A stretch of DNA of 40,907 bases from a virus, in IMG/VR virus record IMGVR_UViG_3300045988_157868, positions 1 to 40,907 of that record, one strand, 5' to 3'. The position numbers and the translations under genes are program-made. This document shows positions 35,145 to 40,886 of the stretch, piece by piece (position 1 is the stretch's first letter; every line of letters starts with the position of its first letter). The notes under the pieces were generated by a model, which saw only the letters and a program-made list of their open reading frames with translations, was not told the origin of the DNA and made no database searches.

Positions 35145-35411
35145 TCACGCAGCAGATCGCTTACTTGGCCGGCGGCGTTGAGGTCGGATTTTTTCTGTTG
35201 AAACGTAAAATGCATCGGCGAATTCAACCGGATAGGTTGTCAATACAGATCCGATAAATCGTGGTCCTGCTTCGGCTTGCCCTCTGGCATATCGGCTAAT
35301 AGTCGATACGGTTGTCTGCAGTTCATCCGCTAGGCCGGATAAGCTGCCCGCTTGCGTTATTCGATGCTCAAGCCAATCTTGTCGCACTCGAACCGTGTTT
35401 ACGGTAGGCAT
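35145..35411 (-). CDS. Cro-like HTH (XRE-type) early regulator
   Basis: 88 aa from ATG 35411 (MPTVNTVRV), after GGAGGCGAA. HTH SLSGLADELQTTVSTISRYARGQ. Divergent from the repressor gene. Confidence 0.65.
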   Translation of the reverse strand: MPTVNTVRVRQDWLEHRITQAGSLSGLADELQTTVSTISRYARGQAEAGPRFIGSVLTTYPVEFADAFYVSTEKIRPQRRRPSKRSAA

Positions 35412-35441
35412 TTCGCCTCCTTTGTTTTTAAACAATCTTGA

Positions 35442-35456
35442 TTTGTGCTTACGCAA
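35442..35456. promoter_or_regulatory. Operator-like repeat copy 1 (TTTGTGCTTACGCAA)
   Basis: Perfect 15-nt match to 35521-35535. Ends TTG.G...C.CAA show partial dyad symmetry. Confidence 0.55.
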
Positions 35457-35459
35457 GCA

Positions 35460-35488
35460 AGAATAGACCAATTTTTGTTCTAGCGCAA
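35460..35488 (-). promoter_or_regulatory. Candidate early (Cro-side) promoter overlapping operator copy 2
   Basis: On the minus strand: TTGCGC (35483-35488), 17-nt spacer, TATTCT (35460-35465). Operator-like copy 2, tttgttctagcgcaa (35474-35488), matches the repeat at 12 of 15. Confidence 0.4.
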
Positions 35489-35506
35489 GGCCAATTTGGA
35501 TTGGCC
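35489..35506. promoter_or_regulatory. Inverted repeat GGCCAAT-TTGG-ATTGGCC in the switch region
   Basis: 7-bp perfect arms with a 4-nt spacer, between the divergent promoters. Confidence 0.35.
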
Positions 35507-35513
35507 CAATAAC

Positions 35514-35542
35514 TTGCCTTTTTGTGCTTACGCAATTACGAT
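35514..35542 (+). promoter_or_regulatory. Candidate repressor promoter (leaderless) with operator copy 3 in the spacer
   Basis: TTGCCT (35514-35519), 17-nt spacer containing TTTGTGCTTACGCAA (35521-35535), TACGAT (35537-35542). The ATG follows 7 nt later at 35550, with no SD. Confidence 0.45.
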
Positions 35543-35549
35543 CTGACAC

Positions 35550-36083
35550 ATGAAGCAAACTCGCTGGTGGAAATACGTAACGGAAACAATCCAAGGTCGC
35601 ACTTTCAAAGAAGCTGCCAAAATCGCAGGATTCGATCAATCAGCTTTCACCCGATGGAAAGATGGTGCAGCCGCAAAACCTGAATTCGTTGTAAAATTTG
35701 CTCGCGCCTATAACCGCAATATCTTAGAAGCCCTAGTGGAGGCAGAATTTATCACAGAACAAGAAGCGGGATTGCAAAAAGTAAACGTTCCAGACATCCG
35801 ATCCGCACTACGACTCGCACCTGAAGAATGGTTAGCTGACGAAGTACTCAAACGAATGCGTGCAGGTGCAAAAACTGACGAGTTCGCGCCCCCTCTTGAC
35901 GAACTGGTTGAACGCCAACAACATAAAGCTAATAAACTAAACTCCGATCCTAAACCGGATGATCCTTGGGCTGCAGCGGCCGCAGTCAGTGGCAAGGACT
36001 CATGGCGCGGTGATGAAATGGTTGCCGACGACTCGGAGGAAGAAGGCTTCCTAGGTGACGATAATTACAGCGATGGTCCATAA
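35550..36083 (+). CDS. Immunity repressor candidate (HTH, no peptidase domain, acidic disordered C-terminus)
   Basis: 177 aa. HTH RTFKEAAKIAGFDQSAFTRWKDG. Divergent from the Cro-like gene. C-terminus DDSEEEGFLGDDNYSDGP. Confidence 0.65.
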   Translation: MKQTRWWKYVTETIQGRTFKEAAKIAGFDQSAFTRWKDGAAAKPEFVVKFARAYNRNILEALVEAEFITEQEAGLQKVNVPDIRSALRLAPEEWLADEVLKRMRAGAKTDEFAPPLDELVERQQHKANKLNSDPKPDDPWAAAAAVSGKDSWRGDEMVADDSEEEGFLGDDNYSDGP

Positions 36084-36134
36084 TTTTTGTGCTACAACCA
36101 GCGGGTTTCCCAATTCGGGACTAGCCTAGATGGC

Positions 36135-36599
36135 ATGGGAATTCTTAGTGTCGGCGGCCCACAGAATATGCTTTCACTCTCCGATAAAAGGCTTGCGCTT
36201 GTTTACGCCGCAGCTTTGGAGGTTTTTAAGCGAACCGGCCGCATTACTATCTGCTCTTGGTACGGCGATGAAGAACAATACGCTGCGGTGAGCGCATCCG
36301 CTCTCTTTCCTAAATCAATTCCTTTTCCTGGAAGAGCCTACAAGATCAAAGAAGTTGATGATGGCCAATACGTCTTGGTGCTCATTCCTGCTTACAGCAC
36401 AGAACCGGCACCGGTACCCAAGCCTAAAGCCGTCAAGAAAGTCGCCGATCTCGTCGAAAAGCATGATTGCTGGCTCATACTAGACAAAAGCGACCAAATC
36501 ATCAGCACCCCCAAGGTCATCGACGAAATCAAGGCCACTGCTAAGTGCATTGATGGAGTAGCCTATCTCAAGGAACTAAACGCCCAAGAAGAAGCTTAA
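36135..36599 (+). CDS. Hypothetical lysogeny-block protein
   Basis: ORF 36087-36599. Start uncertain (TTG 36087, ATG 36135 or ATG 36168). No motif recognised. Followed by a hairpin. Confidence 0.45.
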   Translation: MGILSVGGPQNMLSLSDKRLALVYAAALEVFKRTGRITICSWYGDEEQYAAVSASALFPKSIPFPGRAYKIKEVDDGQYVLVLIPAYSTEPAPVPKPKAVKKVADLVEKHDCWLILDKSDQIISTPKVIDEIKATAKCIDGVAYLKELNAQEEA

Positions 36600-36617
36600 A
36601 GTCCTTACCTACAAACA

Positions 36618-36646
36618 AACCCCGGCGCGCTCAGGTGACCGGGGTT
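36618..36646 (+). terminator. Hairpin after the 154-aa gene
   Basis: AACCCCGG (36618-36625) pairs with CCGGGGTT (36639-36646), with a 13-nt loop. Weak T-richness after it. Confidence 0.4.
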
Positions 36647-36673
36647 GATGTATTTGATAATTATGTGCATGGC

Positions 36674-36861
36674 CTGTAATCGAATCTTTATCTAAAACCT
36701 ATATACGAATAAGTCTTTAGCGGGTAGTGTTTTCCTTAAATAATATTCATAAGAACATGAGGGAACGACCATGGCCGGTATTTATGATGCCCGATCCACT
36801 AGAGAATGGTGCAATCAAGAAGCCGTAGGTGAGCTTTTTTGCCAGACGGTGCTTAACGATA
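36674..36861 (+). repeat. Copy A of the ~190-bp diverged direct repeat (leader plus first ~30 codons)
   Basis: Aligns by eye with 37312-37498 (for example aatctttatctaaaacctatatacgaataa vs aatctttacctaaaacctatatgcggataa; tatgatgcccgatccac in both). Confidence 0.8.
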
Positions 36862-36896
36862 GCGGAAGAGGTTGCAGTCATGATAACCATGCTTGA
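36771..36896 (+). pseudogene. Truncated 41-codon paralogue of the HIRAN/TM2 gene 5' end (or a leader ORF for the ImmA-like gene)
   Basis: MAGIYDARSTREWCNQEAVGELFCQTVLND... parallels MPSIYDARSTREWCDQETVGESFYRTALND... of the 399-aa gene. GAGGGA SD. Stop at 36894-36896, overlapping the ImmA-like start. Confidence 0.55.
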
Positions 36897-37287
36897 TTTG
36901 GAACAATTAGCCGAAGAGATGGGCGTTATGATAGTTACCCATACCGGTGGTAAGAAGGGTGGTTGGAATCCGACAACCCGCACCGTCAGCCTTCGGGAGG
37001 GCATGCACGAAGTGCAAACATTGTGCACGCTAGCACACGAGCTAGGGCATGCCCACTATAGACACCAGCTTGGCGCAACAGGATTGGCGCGCGAACAACA
37101 GGAACGCGAAGCAAACGAATGGGCCGCAATCTTACTCATAGATGAGAATGATTACATGGCGGCCGAAATCAACTGTGACAGTATAAGCTCGATCGCTCAC
37201 GAGCTGGGCGTGACTATTCTCATGGTAGGGATTTGGAGACAGCTCTACGCCAAAGGGAAGATACCGCAGTACTGCATCCAGGACTAA
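36880..37287 (+). CDS. ImmA/IrrE-family zinc metallopeptidase
   Basis: 135 aa from ATG 36880 (MITMLDLEQLAE). HEXXH motif LAHELGHAHY. EREANEWAAILLI is typical of the family. Confidence 0.75.
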   Translation: MITMLDLEQLAEEMGVMIVTHTGGKKGGWNPTTRTVSLREGMHEVQTLCTLAHELGHAHYRHQLGATGLAREQQEREANEWAAILLIDENDYMAAEINCDSISSIAHELGVTILMVGIWRQLYAKGKIPQYCIQD

Positions 37288-37311
37288 TGATTCCTCAATT
37301 GCTACGAAACC

Positions 37312-37498
37312 CCGTAACCGAATCTTTACCTAAAACCTATATGCGGATAACAGTTTAACGGGTAACCTTTTTCTTAAAGGAAGCTCATAAAAACATGAGG
37401 AGACAATCATGCCCAGCATCTATGATGCCCGATCCACCAGGGAATGGTGCGATCAGGAAACCGTAGGTGAGTCCTTTTATCGAACAGCGCTTAACGAT
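37312..37498 (+). repeat. Copy B of the ~190-bp diverged direct repeat
   Basis: See copy A. The minus-strand shadow ORFs 36747-37028 and 37385-37765 share the tail LTYGFLIAPF..GSGII..GH...LMFL, which reflects the repeat. Confidence 0.8.
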
Positions 37499-38608
37499 AT
37501 CAGAAAACTTGTTCCACTGAATGAGCATAAAGTTCGCCGATTTGACGCAACGCTCGTGTTGGAAATGGACAATCCACATTCCGAAGCTGGTCATGCAATA
37601 TCTGTCAGGTGGCAAGACCGGGTTATTGCTTATATACCCGATTTGGAGACTGATGATTATTTTCCCGAACTGGCACGCCTTGCCGCTAGCGGGTTCGATG
37701 CCGGAGTGAGGGGTACTTTGTGGACGAATGAGACACAGCCCAATTTCAATCCCAACGAGGTTCACATGTCAGTGCATGTTGGGCCGCAACCACCCGGCAT
37801 GATCGTGCCTATTAACAATCCGCCTTCACGAAAATGGGCAGTCATCCCCCGGGGACAAGCTAGCCAGGTCACTAAGGAAAAAGACCACCTCGATGTGCTG
37901 CAACCATATACGGGGCTAGGCCATAAGAAAACCTACATTCTTGTAACGCTGCACAAGGTGCTTCTTGGTACGCGCACCCGCTGGGCCGGGGTCGAGGTTC
38001 GACTAGACGGCAAGCGAATCGGAGAGTTAAGTAAGGCGACTGGGGCAAAATTCCTCCCCATCATTGAGCACTACGATTCTCTCGGGCTTGTTACCGTATG
38101 CCATGCCTATCTCAGGGAAACTGCCACCTCTGCTGAAGTTGCCCTCAAAGCTGCGACCTTTGAAGAGATAACAGATGCAGATCTATATAATCCCGTTGTA
38201 TGCCCGATTCCGCAGCTGGTGCCTTATGCTTTTGACCCTTACACCTATAATGTTCCCGGACGGTACCGGCCGGAACTCGAAGATGACGCATATAGTGATT
38301 GGGAATATGAAGAGCCCCATTACTTCAATCCGCCGCGACTGGGATACTACAATGCAGAGCTAGTAGGTCCCAACAATTCCGTGGGTAGGGCACCATTGCG
38401 GGGATATTTGCAAACCAGTATAGGCCTAAGCGGTAACAAGAGCTACGCTATCTACCTTCTTTGTCTTTTCTTTGGTGGCTACATCGGGTTGCACCACTAC
38501 TATGTAGGGAAAATCGGCAAAGGGGTTCTATATACATGCACAATGGGGTTGTTCATGATCGGCTGGATCGCAGATATTCTTAACCCCCGGCGCGGTTTTT
38601 ATAGCTAG
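37409..38608 (+). CDS. Membrane-anchored protein: HIRAN-like domain(s) plus C-terminal TM2 domain
   Basis: 399 aa. VGESFYRTAL...ATLVLEMDNPHSEAGHAISVRWQDRVIAYIPD (HIRAN-like). A second similar block, ILVTLHKVLL...VEVRLDGKRIGELS. C-terminal YAIYLLCLFFGGYIGLHHYYVGKIGKGVLYTCTMGLFMIGWIADIL (TM2-like). Confidence 0.65.
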   Translation: MPSIYDARSTREWCDQETVGESFYRTALNDIRKLVPLNEHKVRRFDATLVLEMDNPHSEAGHAISVRWQDRVIAYIPDLETDDYFPELARLAASGFDAGVRGTLWTNETQPNFNPNEVHMSVHVGPQPPGMIVPINNPPSRKWAVIPRGQASQVTKEKDHLDVLQPYTGLGHKKTYILVTLHKVLLGTRTRWAGVEVRLDGKRIGELSKATGAKFLPIIEHYDSLGLVTVCHAYLRETATSAEVALKAATFEEITDADLYNPVVCPIPQLVPYAFDPYTYNVPGRYRPELEDDAYSDWEYEEPHYFNPPRLGYYNAELVGPNNSVGRAPLRGYLQTSIGLSGNKSYAIYLLCLFFGGYIGLHHYYVGKIGKGVLYTCTMGLFMIGWIADILNPRRGFYS

Positions 38609-38625
38609 ATTGTTATAGGCCAAGT

Positions 38626-38661
38626 CCCCTATCCTCATCACGAGGGTGGGGGTTGTTTTTT
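38626..38661 (+). terminator. Rho-independent terminator after the HIRAN/TM2 gene
   Basis: CCCCTATCCTC-atcac-GAGGGTGGGG (bulged stem) followed by GTTGTTTTTTAT. Confidence 0.6.
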
Positions 38662-38674
38662 ATATTACCCCCAC

Positions 38675-38704
38675 TTGACACGTAACGTTCTAGAACTGTA
38701 TAAT
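38675..38704 (+). promoter_or_regulatory. Consensus sigma-70-type promoter
   Basis: TTGACA (38675-38680), 18-nt spacer, TATAAT (38699-38704). Confidence 0.65.
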
Positions 38705-38759
38705 GGGTAGTGTTCCACCAAGGAACAGGGAGAACTCAATAGTGGAGGGAGGTGATGAC

Positions 38760-38903
38760 ATGTCACCCTGGCGCTCCCCCGGTCCGTGGGAAGCAGCTGG
38801 TATTATTCTCGGCCTTCTGGCCTGGTTTTTCCCGAGAGGCGGTAAGCCTGGGAAACACCGGAAAGGCGTGAAGCGATACCGGCGCGGAAAGCGGAAGAAG
38901 TAG
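38760..38903 (+). CDS. 47-aa single-pass membrane peptide with polybasic C-terminus
   Basis: MSPWRSPGPWEAAGIILGLLAWFFPRGGKPGKHRKGVKRYRRGKRKK. SD GGAGGGAGGTG upstream. Between the consensus promoter and a GC hairpin. Confidence 0.55.
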   Translation: MSPWRSPGPWEAAGIILGLLAWFFPRGGKPGKHRKGVKRYRRGKRKK

Positions 38904-38904
38904 C

Positions 38905-38937
38905 CTCCCCGCCCCATGTCATAGATGGGGCGGGGGG
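38905..38937 (+). terminator. GC-rich hairpin after the 47-aa ORF
   Basis: CCCCGCCCCA (38907-38916) pairs with TGGGGCGGGG (38926-38935), extendable by 2 bp. No T-tract. Confidence 0.4.
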
Positions 38938-38974
38938 CACCCCTCCACACTACCCTTTTCGTAAAGGAGGCGAA

Positions 38975-39106
38975 ATGAAAACATCAATCCGGTGGGGCAT
39001 TTCGGTTGCCGTTGCGGTATTCCTCTACACCCGACCGAACCCACTATGGCTGCTGATCTACACGATTGGCATCATCACCCTGCTAGCAAGGGAGTTCAAC
39101 CGATGA
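38975..39106 (+). CDS. 43-aa two-segment hydrophobic peptide, translationally coupled to the Xis-like gene
   Basis: MKTSIRWGISVAVAVFLYTRPNPLWLLIYTIGIITLLAREFNR. SD AAAGGAGG. ATGA overlap with the next gene. Below the ORF-track cutoff. Confidence 0.5.
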   Translation: MKTSIRWGISVAVAVFLYTRPNPLWLLIYTIGIITLLAREFNR

Positions 39107-39333
39107 CGGTAATCCCTATTATCACCGACCAAGCCACAGGGCGGGTGCTATGGCGAGTCATCGACTGCGCCACCTACTGCGGTATCGGCCCACGCACCTG
39201 GGCGAACTACCATGCAGGCGGTCGAACGCCCCAACCCGTAGCGCACCTCGATGGCCGCACACCCCTATGGGACGCAGAGGAGGTGAAAGCCTGGCACGCT
39301 AACCGCCCCGGCTCGCCAATCAAAGCAACATAA
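39103..39333 (+). CDS. xis: Excisionase / AlpA-like HTH protein
   Basis: 76 aa from ATG 39103. IDCATYCGIGPRTWANYHAGGRTPQP...PLWDAEEVKAWHANRPG resembles actinobacterial Xis/AlpA-type proteins. Convergent with the integrase. Confidence 0.6.
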   Translation: MTVIPIITDQATGRVLWRVIDCATYCGIGPRTWANYHAGGRTPQPVAHLDGRTPLWDAEEVKAWHANRPGSPIKAT

Positions 39334-39342
39334 TAGGGCAAC

Positions 39343-39370
39343 AACCCCCGGGCTTCCGGGGGTTTATTTT
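39343..39370 (+). terminator. Rho-independent terminator after the Xis-like gene
   Basis: AACCCCCGG-gctt-CCGGGGGTT followed by TATTTT. Confidence 0.7.
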
Positions 39371-39508
39371 GATCCTTACTTGGGTTGTTTTTCACGAAAC
39401 CCCACTAAAAAAGCGTGACCTGCGGTTTTATTTTTGAAGGTCTGAAAATTTGACCAAACCTCAAAATAAAAAACCAGGGCCTTCCCCATGTGGGTGAAAG
39501 TAACATCG

Positions 39509-39546
39509 TTGGTAATAATATAACTATCTGGCTATATTATTACCAA
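39509..39546. repeat. 14-bp perfect AT-rich inverted repeat just downstream of the integrase stop
   Basis: TTGGTAATAATATA (39509-39522) and TATATTATTACCAA (39533-39546), with a 10-nt spacer. Confidence 0.8.
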
Positions 39547-39557
39547 TAGTTTTACAT

Positions 39558-40715
39558 TTATGAACCCATGAGCGAGTCACTCACCCGCTGCAATGCCTCC
39601 TGGCGCCTGGCATTGGAGGTGCGCATATAGATCTCAGTGATGGTCTTTAGGTCTACCTGGCCTAGTAGCTCGCCAATCGCGGGGATTGTCATGCCCTGCT
39701 CCACCAGTGTGGTGATAAGCCACACACGACCATAGTGCGGGCTGATACGCTCGGTGATCCCGGCGCGGGTTTTAGCACGGTGGAGGACGGACCTGTAGGA
39801 GGTGTCTAGGATGATTTTGCCGGAGCCGGTGGTGCAGATGAAGGCGTCTGGGCTGTCGCCGATGGTGGCCAGGTGGTCGATGATGTCTTGGTGGAATTTT
39901 TTAAAGACGGGGATGGTGCGGTGGCTGGCGCTGGTTTTGGGGGTGTCCTGGTATTTCATGCCGTCTGAGGTGCGGTAGGCGTTTCCCCTGATATGGATGA
40001 GGATGGTGTCACCTGTAATGGTGATGTCTTTACGCCTGAGGCCTAGCACCTCTCCTATGCGCATGCCATGGAAGAACGTGAGGATACCTATTATCTTATG
40101 GGTCGGGTTTAAATTGTCCACAATTTTCTGCATGGTGGCGGCTTCGGGCAGTTCCTTGCGTGCTGGCTTGGGCTTGTGGCGGGCCTCTTTCACGTCCACT
40201 GGATTAGTAGGGATCAGATCCCGGTCTACCGCTGCCTGTATCGCAGTGCGAAGGCGCACATATGCCGCACGGTTATAGGGCTGGTATCCGAATTGTATGG
40301 TGAGCGCGTCCCACCAGTCGATTACATCACGGCGGGTAAGTCTTACCAGGGGGATGGTGCGGAGCCGACCGGCTTTGCCTGTGATAGTGAGAATACGGCG
40401 GTCGAGGGTGGTGCGGTAATTCACCATAGTGGAGGGCTTTAGGCGTTTTTCTTGGAGGTCTAGCCACTGGCGTAGCCAATCGCCGACGGTTCGGGCATCG
40501 TCTTCTTTCGTCCGGTACCGGAGGTGCGGGGGTTGCCATTCGTCGAATTCAATGAGTTTTTGTTCTTGACGCAGCCAGGCACCAGCATCGTCTTTGGTGA
40601 AGAATGGGTGGGGGCCGGAGTATTTTTTGCCATCAGGTCCGGTGTAGCGGGCGCGGTATTTGCCGGATGATAGCCGTGATATTGTGCCGAAGAGGCGTTT
40701 TTTAGGGGCGGGCAT
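39558..40715 (-). CDS. int: Tyrosine integrase
   Basis: 385 aa. HGMRIGEVLGLRRKDI (catalytic Arg region), SPHYGRVWLITTLVEQG (H..R), LKTITEIYMR (Tyr). Adjacent to the terminal repeat. Confidence 0.9.
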   Translation of the reverse strand: MPAPKKRLFGTISRLSSGKYRARYTGPDGKKYSGPHPFFTKDDAGAWLRQEQKLIEFDEWQPPHLRYRTKEDDARTVGDWLRQWLDLQEKRLKPSTMVNYRTTLDRRILTITGKAGRLRTIPLVRLTRRDVIDWWDALTIQFGYQPYNRAAYVRLRTAIQAAVDRDLIPTNPVDVKEARHKPKPARKELPEAATMQKIVDNLNPTHKIIGILTFFHGMRIGEVLGLRRKDITITGDTILIHIRGNAYRTSDGMKYQDTPKTSASHRTIPVFKKFHQDIIDHLATIGDSPDAFICTTGSGKIILDTSYRSVLHRAKTRAGITERISPHYGRVWLITTLVEQGMTIPAIGELLGQVDLKTITEIYMRTSNARRQEALQRVSDSLMGS

Positions 40716-40742
40716 GAGGGGTTGTTTCCTGCGATTATTTGT

Positions 40743-40777
40743 GGTCTATGGGCGGTCTTGCGGTCTACATGTGGTCT
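40743..40777. repeat. Four direct GGTCT-core repeats (candidate arm-type integrase sites)
   Basis: tGTGGTCTa, gGCGGTCTt, tGCGGTCTa, tGTGGTCTg, with GGTCT at 40743, 40754, 40762 and 40773 (spacing 11, 8 and 11). Confidence 0.5.
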
Positions 40778-40843
40778 GCATGCTTACACTCATGTCCCAC
40801 TGTGTCGTTTGTTGTCGCTTATTATTTTACGCAGGTCATAGGG

Positions 40844-40886
40844 CAAAAAAGAAGGACCCCCACGTCATGGTGTACGTGGGGGTCCT
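40844..40886 (-). terminator. Strong rho-independent terminator abutting the right terminal repeat
   Basis: On the minus strand, AGGACCCCCACGT-acaccatg-ACGTGGGGGTCCT (13-bp stem, 40853-40886) is followed by TCTTTTTTGCC. Confidence 0.75.

Noticed and set aside
38690-38950. 86-aa minus-strand ORF and the 38703 start of the plus-strand 66-aa ORF.
   Set aside because: The minus ORF is antisense to a better-supported promoter/SD/ORF unit. The ATG at 38703 lies inside the -10 hexamer, so the real start is 38760.
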